DNA of 53,267 nucleotides from a virus (Duplodnaviria; Caudoviricetes), in the IMG/VR virus record IMGVR_UViG_3300021517_000162, positions 1 to 53,267 of that record; one strand, 5' to 3'. A model generated the notes under the pieces. It saw only the letters and a list, made by a program, of their open reading frames with translations. It was not told where the DNA came from and ran no database searches. Made by a program: the position numbers and the translations under genes. This document shows positions 7,701 to 15,914 of the stretch, piece after piece. The number at the start of each line of letters is the position of its first letter. Within the stretch, counting starts at the first letter, position 1.

Positions 7701-9371
7701 CTACCTTGTATACTTAATTGCCCCATATGGGCTCATATTTTCAGACACTTTACGATTCAATACCCCCCATTCTCTTGCTTGTTCCCTTGCAAAATAAGCG
7801 GCCATCAAAACGTCAGCAGTATGTGTTGATGGTTGATATAGGAGACAAGCATCTATAAATTTCTGAACAGGTTCTGACACTTGACCTGTGGAGGTATTTG
7901 GAATCAACCATGCCCCTTGTGACATCTCCACAAAAAGACCCTCCACACCATGTTCTGGATGTGCTTTGGCACGACCTGTCGTATGTGCGCGAACAGGTAT
8001 GCTAACATCAAATTCAAGCGTAAATTGTCGTATAAAATCTTGAGCAGCATTGTTCTCCACTCGAATAATTGAATTGAATTGTCGCGACTTTTCAATGATA
8101 CGCCTCACAATTTGCGGGCCATTGTATTGTTCAATTTCAATATCCAGTATTTGTTTGTAACCATTCGGAAGCACTAAAAACGTGAAAAAAGCCGTATAAT
8201 CATGACTCTCCCCTTTATCCACTGCAAGATCTACCCCTGTAAATACAAGGCCCTCATTACGATAACTATCTAACAAACTGTATATACCTAATTTTCTAGC
8301 ATTTTCTTTACATAAATCAACATACTCTCGCTTGCAACGAGCATTGTCATCATTGGTTACAAGGTTTCTGTACAAATTATTAAATCGATGGGGCAAATGA
8401 TTCTTTTTAATCTCATGAATCACAACTGGAGAATATCGTTCAGGCCAAAGTGGGGTTTGATTTTTTACATCAGGATCATGATCTACCAATCGAACCGTTG
8501 TACAATCTGGAGAAGAATTTGATGGACGTATATCATTTGAAATTTTATCATTCACACCCCACATGTCTTCTTTATATGATCCATCAAGCTGGAGATCTGG
8601 AGGTGTGGAGACTTCAATATCTCCATATATATCCATCCTTATGGTGGGCCAACCCCTTTTTTTCAGCCTATGAAGAAGATCATCATCATGCCAAGCTGTA
8701 TTAACCACACACACCATTGCCCCACGAGGATCAAGTCGACTGATAACTGTTGATTGTATCCACTCCTCCACTTTATTTCTTTGGTCCAAAGTGGATGTGT
8801 TTTCGAGGGTAAGAATATCATCAATAATGATCCAATTTAATCGAGCTCCTGGGAGGGCCCCATGAAGACCCACAGCGCATAAAGATGGGTCACGTATACC
8901 GTAGGGCCTATCAATAACTATAGCGTGTTGAGTCCAAGGTTCATCAGCGCGTTCAGAAGGCTTTAATTGCGGGAAAACAGCACGCAATTCAGCATTGTTC
9001 TCTATATACTGTCTAACAAGCCTCAAAGGTTTCATGGCTTGTTCCTGAGTGGAGCTTATAATGGCCCCACGTGTTGTTGAATTTATACCCAACTTGTAAA
9101 GTGAAATACCTGCGACACAAAATGTCTTTGAATGACCTACAGGCCACATATTGACGGAACGATCATGATTCATGATAAAATCAAGACCTACTTTTTGATG
9201 CGGTGCTAATTTTATGAGCTGTTGAGTGTTCTCCTCTCGCATAACAAATTCAAAAAAATCTACTATGTTATTACGAGCTTTATATGCCCTACCTTGTATA
9301 ATTTCATGAACTTGGGATATACGCTCAATATCCGTGAATTCGTTTATATTTTGTATATGCCAAGGTTTCAT
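7701..9371 (-). CDS. terL: terminase large subunit
   Basis: Walker A-like PVGHSKT, Walker B IIIDD, coupling motif VNT, and nuclease motifs TGVDLA, DYTA, ENNAAQ, DVLMA. Confidence 0.92.
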   Translation of the reverse strand: MKPWHIQNINEFTDIERISQVHEIIQGRAYKARNNIVDFFEFVMREENTQQLIKLAPHQKVGLDFIMNHDRSVNMWPVGHSKTFCVAGISLYKLGINSTTRGAIISSTQEQAMKPLRLVRQYIENNAELRAVFPQLKPSERADEPWTQHAIVIDRPYGIRDPSLCAVGLHGALPGARLNWIIIDDILTLENTSTLDQRNKVEEWIQSTVISRLDPRGAMVCVVNTAWHDDDLLHRLKKRGWPTIRMDIYGDIEVSTPPDLQLDGSYKEDMWGVNDKISNDIRPSNSSPDCTTVRLVDHDPDVKNQTPLWPERYSPVVIHEIKKNHLPHRFNNLYRNLVTNDDNARCKREYVDLCKENARKLGIYSLLDSYRNEGLVFTGVDLAVDKGESHDYTAFFTFLVLPNGYKQILDIEIEQYNGPQIVRRIIEKSRQFNSIIRVENNAAQDFIRQFTLEFDVSIPVRAHTTGRAKAHPEHGVEGLFVEMSQGAWLIPNTSTGQVSEPVQKFIDACLLYQPSTHTADVLMAAYFAREQAREWGVLNRKVSENMSPYGAIKYTR

Positions 9372-9904
9372 TGGGTCAAAACCTTTGGTTTTTTGTCTGG
9401 TATAAACCCTTTATTACGAGCCTCCTCTATCAATGCTTCTTTCTGATGAAATTCATCCAAGGTTTGATTAATTTGCTCTACAGTCATATTACCAATAACT
9501 TGAACAAGAGCATGCTTAACTTCAACAGAAGCACTTATTTTCAATGGTGCATACGTACCCTCAATCTTGGCAACATGCTTCTCCGCCTCCAATACCAAGT
9601 CCAAATCTTCTTTTGCATGAGCCTTACGAATAACCCCATAACTACGCTGCAAAGCAGCTGAACGTAAATCTGTTTGTGAATAGGAGATCTGCTCCTCCCA
9701 TCTTTTTCTGACTCGCTCAACAAGTGATTTTATACGCTCATGTGAAACTTTATGAGTCAAACCAAATTGCTGTTCAAAATGTTTCTGGCATACTTTACGA
9801 ATCGACCCTACAGTTGTATAACCTTGTAAAAGAAGTTGTTCTACAACCTCCTCTTGTTTTCTACTCTGTTCTGCTGTGTACTTAATTACCAAATGATTTT
9901 TCAT
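9368..9904 (-). CDS. probable terminase small subunit
   Basis: Helical, HTH-like protein directly upstream of and overlapping terL; GAGG RBS before ATG 9904. Confidence 0.6.
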   Translation of the reverse strand: MKNHLVIKYTAEQSRKQEEVVEQLLLQGYTTVGSIRKVCQKHFEQQFGLTHKVSHERIKSLVERVRKRWEEQISYSQTDLRSAALQRSYGVIRKAHAKEDLDLVLEAEKHVAKIEGTYAPLKISASVEVKHALVQVIGNMTVEQINQTLDEFHQKEALIEEARNKGFIPDKKPKVLTQ

Positions 9905-9920
9905 GTCGCGCCTCAAACAA

Positions 9921-9948
9921 AAAAATACATCAAGCTTGATATTTGTCA
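9921..9948 (-). promoter_or_regulatory. sigma70-like promoter TTGACA-N16-TATTTT with a palindromic operator in the spacer
   Basis: Minus strand reads TTGACA AATATCAAGCTTGATG TATTTT upstream of the terS-like gene. Confidence 0.6.
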
Positions 9949-9949
9949 A

Positions 9950-10354
9950 TCACGCAATTGTGCGAGTCACATCCGGTTCTACAGTTATTGTACCTCTTTC
10001 AACCGTGATCACAATACCCGAAGCATCTAAAATTTGCACATCAAAGACCAAAACCACATTTGTGTCCGGAAAAAATAAGGTTTTATTGGCGGGCATCCGT
10101 ATGGAGACCCTCCCGGTTGTCGCATCCGTAATGACAACATCTCCACTCCCATCACTCGAATCAGCCCTAAAAACAGCCATTGTATCAAAATCAATGACCT
10201 CCCTTTTGACTGTGAACCACACTTTTGCCCCCGTAATGTTCTTGTTGGCCCCAAACTGATTCTTGATGCTAGCCTCCAATCGAAAAGTGTCACCACGTGT
10301 CATTCTGTAATTATTGACCCCAACTGAATAATCGCTAACATATGCCGTTGTCAT
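9950..10354 (-). CDS. BppU N-terminal-like Ig-fold virion protein
   Basis: RGDTFRLEA..NITGAKVWFTVK..ITDATTGRVSI..VFDVQI..TVERGTITVEPDVT pattern; GGAGG RBS before ATG 10354. Confidence 0.7.
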   Translation of the reverse strand: MTTAYVSDYSVGVNNYRMTRGDTFRLEASIKNQFGANKNITGAKVWFTVKREVIDFDTMAVFRADSSDGSGDVVITDATTGRVSIRMPANKTLFFPDTNVVLVFDVQILDASGIVITVERGTITVEPDVTRTIA

Positions 10355-10373
10355 ATCCGCCTCCACTTGATCG

Positions 10374-10401
10374 TCGACATTCACCTCAAAAATCATAATA
10401 T
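10374..10401 (+). promoter_or_regulatory. sigma70-like promoter TCGACA-N16-TAATAT, 6 nt before the ATG (leaderless)
   Basis: Read directly upstream of ATG 10408; no Shine-Dalgarno sequence present. Confidence 0.5.
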
Positions 10402-10407
10402 CAGGCA

Positions 10408-11343
10408 ATGCACCATTATACCAAACCCAAACGATTGCACCCAAACTCTAAAATTTCAATCATTTCTCCATCCTCCCCTCCAGATTGTCCTTCGGTCATG
10501 GCGGGCATACGATTTCTAAAAAAAATAGAATTTCAGATTGAATACGATGAAATCTTCGAATCACGCTCAATTTTACCTAAAACCATACCAGAGAGAACAA
10601 TTCAAATCATAAATGCACTAAAAAACAAGCCTAATATGCTTCTTACCTCCAATGGAGGTATTGGCGCCACGGAAATTCTAGATGTTTTTCCATACGGAGA
10701 CTTCAAAAAAGCCAATATCCCAATCATGGGTCTAAGCGATACTACAGCTCTGCTTCTCGCAATCACAAAACACTGCAACATGATCACTTTCAATGGGCCC
10801 TCCACTGCCCTCAGAATACACTCAAAATACCTGTATGAAATTGATCGATACACTCTCCTATGTGCGTTGTATAATCTTGTTGATGGGTATAAAGGTATTC
10901 AAGATCCTTTTTCAAAGTTTGATATTGAACCCCTTGTAATATACCCTGGTAAAGTACAAGGTACTTGTCTCGGGGGTAATATGACTGTACTTTGTTCAAT
11001 GCTCGGTTCAGATCATCTTCCTACTTTTAAAGATTCAATTCTCTTCTTGGAAGATATTAACATAGGAGCCTATGAATTCCGAAGACTTTGGTCACAATTG
11101 ACTAATGCAGGCATTATCGACCAATGCAAGGGGTTTGTATTCGGTGAATTCACAAATGAGCCTATATTCGACAATGAACCCAATATTCAAGACTATGTTT
11201 ATCGACTCATGAAAAAGATAAAAAAACCATGCCTTGTAAACATGAATTTTTCTCATGGTATAACAACCACAATGCTCCCAATCGGAGGTCATTGTCAATT
11301 AAACACAGACGATGGGGTTATTTTCGCCCCCTTTGTTTCATAA
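10408..11343 (+). CDS. peptidase S66 family (LD-carboxypeptidase / MccF-like)
   Basis: ISIISPSS, GGIGA, catalytic Ser (GLSDTTAL), GGNMTVL..LGS, Glu (LFLEDI) and His (FSHG..LPIG). Confidence 0.92.
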   Translation: MHHYTKPKRLHPNSKISIISPSSPPDCPSVMAGIRFLKKIEFQIEYDEIFESRSILPKTIPERTIQIINALKNKPNMLLTSNGGIGATEILDVFPYGDFKKANIPIMGLSDTTALLLAITKHCNMITFNGPSTALRIHSKYLYEIDRYTLLCALYNLVDGYKGIQDPFSKFDIEPLVIYPGKVQGTCLGGNMTVLCSMLGSDHLPTFKDSILFLEDINIGAYEFRRLWSQLTNAGIIDQCKGFVFGEFTNEPIFDNEPNIQDYVYRLMKKIKKPCLVNMNFSHGITTTMLPIGGHCQLNTDDGVIFAPFVS

Positions 11344-11354
11344 TATATAAATCC

Positions 11355-11780
11355 TTACCTCCTTTTTTTAATCACTTTATCATACGATTTTCGAGCCTCC
11401 ACAAGCATTTTTTCAAATCTTCCAAGGTCATAAGTTGACCTTTTTTCATCTGTAACAACATCATTATTCTTGGGTCTGGAGACATCCCATTTCCAATCAT
11501 AGGGTCGATCTCTCCAGGTAGGATCAATTGCATCAGCAATCACTTCGGGATCAGTTTTTGGCATCGTAAATTGTCTCTCAGTATACTCATATCCTCTCAC
11601 ATATCCACTTTCATACACAATGCGACCATATTTTATCGCAAAATCGATCCATTCTTGCCTATTCGCATACGGGTATTCATGCACAAATTGATATACCATA
11701 GCTTCAAAACGCTGTGGCATCTTCGGGCCCTCATAAAATCTACCTACTATACGATCCAATAATCGAGACCACCATGACAT
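11355..11780 (-). CDS. hypothetical protein
   Basis: Intact ORF with GGAG RBS at the end of the replication operon. Confidence 0.65.
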   Translation of the reverse strand: MSWWSRLLDRIVGRFYEGPKMPQRFEAMVYQFVHEYPYANRQEWIDFAIKYGRIVYESGYVRGYEYTERQFTMPKTDPEVIADAIDPTWRDRPYDWKWDVSRPKNNDVVTDEKRSTYDLGRFEKMLVEARKSYDKVIKKRR

Positions 11781-11801
11781 AATTATTCACAATCTCCACA
11801 T

Positions 11802-12443
11802 TCATCTGATACAACTTTTCCCAACATTTGATTTTTTATCTAACTTTTCCATCAAACCTTGTAATATTTTAACCAAGTTTAATACATTACCAGGAATTAA
11901 TGTAAAAAAATGATCTTCTCGTATACATATAACATTTTCACAAACATGATTTGCATTAATATATGTATAACCCATAGATTCCAAAAATTTCATAGGATCT
12001 TCATCATACCTATCATTCCCACCAACTAAATATTTACCTACTATCCTATTTGTAACCAAGTACCAAGGTTTACGAGACTTCCTAAAAAACAACATTGGAA
12101 TTTTAACATCATATATAGTAGAATCATCTTTACCAAGTTGTTCTTCTGCCGCTAATTTGGTTTGTTTCCACCATGACCAAATAGGACTTTTTCTACCTTC
12201 GACAAAGTTTTTCAAATCAAAATTTTCTCGTCTTTTAACCTCCACAACAAAAGGAAACAACTTTGAGGTGGTCATTAAGTCTCCAGATACTCGAAAATTA
12301 CCCCTAACATCCGAAGTTGACCAACCTCCACTCAAAGGTGTTCTCACAAACTCACAGTTTTCATCTACTTTACGCCACCACTCTTTCAATATATAAGCAA
12401 CTTCTCTTTCAGCACTCGACCCCTTATTTCTCGATTGTACCAT
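11802..12443 (-). CDS. Holliday junction resolvase (Hjc-like PD-(D/E)XK nuclease)
   Basis: SRNKGSSAEREVA..RTPLSGG..GDL..VEVKRRE; GGAGGTG RBS before ATG 12443. Confidence 0.85.
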   Translation of the reverse strand: MVQSRNKGSSAEREVAYILKEWWRKVDENCEFVRTPLSGGWSTSDVRGNFRVSGDLMTTSKLFPFVVEVKRRENFDLKNFVEGRKSPIWSWWKQTKLAAEEQLGKDDSTIYDVKIPMLFFRKSRKPWYLVTNRIVGKYLVGGNDRYDEDPMKFLESMGYTYINANHVCENVICIREDHFFTLIPGNVLNLVKILQGLMEKLDKKSNVGKSCIR

Positions 12444-12840
12444 GATCACCTCCAGTTATTTTCAAATCTGTTATATACAACTTTTCACATCCTAAAATAA
12501 CCTCCAACAAAGGCTTTACAACCTCCGGTTGAAACTCTCTACAAGAATAAATGTCCATGACAAAAGTCTCACGAAGTGGCCACGTGTGAATTGCACAATG
12601 GGAGGTAGAAAGCACTACAATACCCGTTATTCCACCTTCATCCTCAAAGGGTTCTTTACCCATTTTCGCAATATCCAGCTCCACATTGCTCATATGTGGG
12701 CCACTAAGTACTCTCATACCTACAACATCTACAACCTTTGAAAGAAACTCTTTCAACAATTCTTCACTACCTAATTTTTCAGAGTTTCCTTTACCCCAAT
12801 ACTTGGCATGTGTGCCCTCCCATTGTAAATATTCCATCAA
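12424..12840 (-). CDS. speD: pyruvoyl-dependent S-adenosylmethionine decarboxylase-like proenzyme
   Basis: GGITGIVVLSTSHCAIHTWP..MDIYSC matches the class 1B AdoMetDC signature. Confidence 0.85.
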   Translation of the reverse strand: MMEYLQWEGTHAKYWGKGNSEKLGSEELLKEFLSKVVDVVGMRVLSGPHMSNVELDIAKMGKEPFEDEGGITGIVVLSTSHCAIHTWPLRETFVMDIYSCREFQPEVVKPLLEVILGCEKLYITDLKITGGDHGTIEK

Positions 12841-12855
12841 ATACCTCTTTTCATA

Positions 12856-14757
12856 CTAGGAGACTACTTGTAAAGCAGCTCGCTTACCATCAGATATAAT
12901 TTCAATACGCCCCGGTAGCGCATCTAACAAGGCCGTATGATGGGCAATTATAAAGCCTTGTTCAAAAAATGCACGATGAATTAATGACCCCAAACATTTC
13001 GCAACAAACCCTCGATTTGTCGCATCTAAAGCCCCAAAAGGCTCATCGATCATGACCACAGACCAATCAACATGCTTCTGGATACGGAGCCATTGGGAGG
13101 CGCTCAATTGAAAAACAATACCCGCAATATCATCCGCTGCTCCACTCCGATTTGACAAAGAAAAGTGGAGCTTTGGTATCAATTTATGGGCTCTTTGTTC
13201 ACTGCACCTAGGGCAAACTTTTTCTCTTTGAGTTGAAAATTTATTACCACATGAAAAACACTCTAAAACAAGGTCTTTTGACTCTACGGAGACATGAAAC
13301 TGTATCTCAAAATCAACATTCATCTCTTTGAGTAGGGTATTTGCAATGATACAAATATCATTAGCTACAGAGTGGAGAATGTCCTTTTGAGCCCCCTTTT
13401 TACCCACAATTTCATATGCTTCACGCACAATCTCCAGTTCATTTACAAGACCTTGTAATTTCTCAGAATTACCCTCTTGACTTTCCATTTTTTGAGTAAG
13501 CTCGTTCAAGTCATTGTATACTTGCCCCGCGCGTTCCATAAGAATTTTGAGCTCTTGAAAAATATACTGAATATCCACATTCTCCACATGTTCTTTCTTA
13601 TTCAATTTCAAAAATTCTTGTAGATTACGAGCTTTATTTCTGAGATTCTCCAGTTCATACGTATAACGTTGGGTCTCCTCTTCGCGTTTATTTATTTTAT
13701 CGACATTGGCATAAACTTCTTTATATTTCGCATGTATTTCACTCAACTCTTTTTCAATCGATAAGAAAAAATCCGAATTTTCTCGTACGGAGATCTCCAC
13801 TTGATCTTTAATACCACACATTTGCCCTGTAACTGGACACAAACCATCAAACCCTTTGCGTTGCATAACCTCCAGCTTGTTTCTTCTTTCAGAAAGAACT
13901 TCTTTCTGAGACCAAAGATTTTCATACTCAACAATTAATGCTTTCTTTTCCTCCACACTTGGAAGTTCACACTCTTCCACTTTTTTTCGAAGAGCCTTAC
14001 CTTGTACAACAACCTCCTCATACTCTTTTTCTTTATCCACTATCAACCGATTATTTACAATACTCGACTCTATACTTTTATATACTCGAATTTTCTTTTC
14101 ATACTCATCTATTTTCAATTGTAATTGCTGTCTTTCAAGCGCAAGTCTTTGGATCTCCACTTGTATTTTATTTTTTTCATCTTCAGGTAAACACTTCAAC
14201 ATAAACTCGGTGCGCTTCTGCCTGATCGCCTCATAATCTGCTTTAACCACTTCTTCTAATGCGAAAAGCTTCTCCAGTCCTATCCACGAAACCATAACAT
14301 CCATCAGTTCGGAGGGCTTCATATATACAAATTGAGCCATATTTTTCTGCTCAAAATAACATGTGGTCATAAAATCATTCTTCGCAAGCCCTATAACCAT
14401 TTCCAAGGTTTGTTGAGCTTGTTCCCCAGTAATTATCATATCTCCTTTTTTGTATGAAAACCTTGTACTTTGACCTATGGTTCTTTGCCTTGTAACCTCC
14501 GTACCATCAGAAAATTTCAATGTGACCCCACCTTTATCCTCCCCCCTACTTATCCACTCATCCTCCAATCGCGCTTTATGTTCACCATACAAACAAAAAT
14601 ATATGGCTTCCATAAAAGAACTTTTTCCAAGCCAATTGCTTCGTTGTACATCCTCTTTATGCATTGCAAATATACCATATAACTTGGGTTCTAATACAAC
14701 CTCCTGTTGCCCATAAAAACATTTAAAATTATGCAACTTTACAGATTGTATGATCAT
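12856..14757 (-). CDS. sbcC: SbcC/Rad50-like SMC ATPase
   Basis: N-terminal LHNFKCF, Walker A NWLGKSS, Q-loop FEQ, coiled coil with CPVT hook, signature-like RSGA, Walker B IDEPFGALD, and H-loop. Confidence 0.9.
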   Translation of the reverse strand: MIIQSVKLHNFKCFYGQQEVVLEPKLYGIFAMHKEDVQRSNWLGKSSFMEAIYFCLYGEHKARLEDEWISRGEDKGGVTLKFSDGTEVTRQRTIGQSTRFSYKKGDMIITGEQAQQTLEMVIGLAKNDFMTTCYFEQKNMAQFVYMKPSELMDVMVSWIGLEKLFALEEVVKADYEAIRQKRTEFMLKCLPEDEKNKIQVEIQRLALERQQLQLKIDEYEKKIRVYKSIESSIVNNRLIVDKEKEYEEVVVQGKALRKKVEECELPSVEEKKALIVEYENLWSQKEVLSERRNKLEVMQRKGFDGLCPVTGQMCGIKDQVEISVRENSDFFLSIEKELSEIHAKYKEVYANVDKINKREEETQRYTYELENLRNKARNLQEFLKLNKKEHVENVDIQYIFQELKILMERAGQVYNDLNELTQKMESQEGNSEKLQGLVNELEIVREAYEIVGKKGAQKDILHSVANDICIIANTLLKEMNVDFEIQFHVSVESKDLVLECFSCGNKFSTQREKVCPRCSEQRAHKLIPKLHFSLSNRSGAADDIAGIVFQLSASQWLRIQKHVDWSVVMIDEPFGALDATNRGFVAKCLGSLIHRAFFEQGFIIAHHTALLDALPGRIEIISDGKRAALQVVS

Positions 14758-15125
14758 AAACCCACCACCTTAAACTTTGACTCAATATACTGAGTCACTG
14801 AATGTTTTCGAGCCGATAAAGATACAAGCCCCATAACAACCTCACGAATACTATGATGATTATATTGCATATATTGAGGGGTTTTCATTGTATTCGTAGG
14901 CAACTTGACAATCTTGTAAAATTGACCTCCACATGCTTTTATCCAAGCATCCACTCGTTCAATATCTTGATCTGTATAATTCGATTGAACATAACATCTA
15001 ACAAAAACATTCTTAAATTTTTCAGGGTCAATCTTGTATTCTTCATCTTCTTTTAAGTGGAGAGTATGAAGTTCAGGGGTATCCACATACATAAACTCAA
15101 TCTTTGCTTCCTTCTGTTTTTTCAT
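14754..15125 (-). CDS. probable detached C-terminal (capping / Rad50-binding) part of SbcD
   Basis: Lies between the nuclease and sbcC; sequence (IEFMYVDTPEL..VFVRCYV..terminal helices) resembles what normally follows the phosphoesterase domain. Confidence 0.5.
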   Translation of the reverse strand: MKKQKEAKIEFMYVDTPELHTLHLKEDEEYKIDPEKFKNVFVRCYVQSNYTDQDIERVDAWIKACGGQFYKIVKLPTNTMKTPQYMQYNHHSIREVVMGLVSLSARKHSVTQYIESKFKVVGL

Positions 15126-15140
15126 TGTTTTTCCTCTCTT

Positions 15141-15914
15141 TTATACATCCACTATCAAATATGACGGCTTGTGAGAAACTTCATTGAAACTCAAACGAGC
15201 CAATGATCCTGGTATGTGGATATCCACATCATCCTTTTTGTAAACTTGCGACTTGTGATAATGTCCATTGAATACTTTACAACCTTTGAGAAGTTCTGTA
15301 GGTAACCTCCTATCCGATCCTCTACGAAAATCAGTTGACTCATCACCTAGTATCACACCCTCAATCATCAAATGACCAAAAACATAATGACCTCCAATCT
15401 CCACTTTTTTCAACCATTCTGAAGGCGAAACCACTGTCGAATGCGTATAGGGCAAACATAAAATTTTGTGCATCGACCATTTATCTCGGCTAAAAACTTC
15501 ATATTGAGTGTAAGAATCACACACAGAAATATCTCCAGGATATAAAGAAACAACCTCCGATTTGGGTAATTGAACCCAATCCTCCACTTTTGAAACTTTC
15601 TGCAAACCTTTGAGAGGGGTTAATGTGGAGGTATACAAACCATCCTCCATAACATCATGATTACCGGTAAGCCATATACTTGTTATTCCAGCATCATCTA
15701 ACCTTCGACATATACCTATGAGAAATTCATAAACCCGATAGGTTATAGGTTGCACTTCGGGGTCCATCAAATCACCCATAAAAACAAATAAATGAATATC
15801 TTTGGCTATGGCCTTATCTACCATACTTGTAATTGTTTGAGAAAGCTCAGCAAACCTCCACTTACCCAATGTTTTAGCATCCAAGTGCCAATCACTTGTA
15901 ACCAAAATTTTCAT
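15141..15914 (-). CDS. sbcD: SbcD/Mre11-like metallophosphoesterase nuclease
   Basis: SDWH, GDLMD, GNHD, GH and GHYH motifs, followed by PGSL..F.E. Confidence 0.9.
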   Translation of the reverse strand: MKILVTSDWHLDAKTLGKWRFAELSQTITSMVDKAIAKDIHLFVFMGDLMDPEVQPITYRVYEFLIGICRRLDDAGITSIWLTGNHDVMEDGLYTSTLTPLKGLQKVSKVEDWVQLPKSEVVSLYPGDISVCDSYTQYEVFSRDKWSMHKILCLPYTHSTVVSPSEWLKKVEIGGHYVFGHLMIEGVILGDESTDFRRGSDRRLPTELLKGCKVFNGHYHKSQVYKKDDVDIHIPGSLARLSFNEVSHKPSYLIVDV

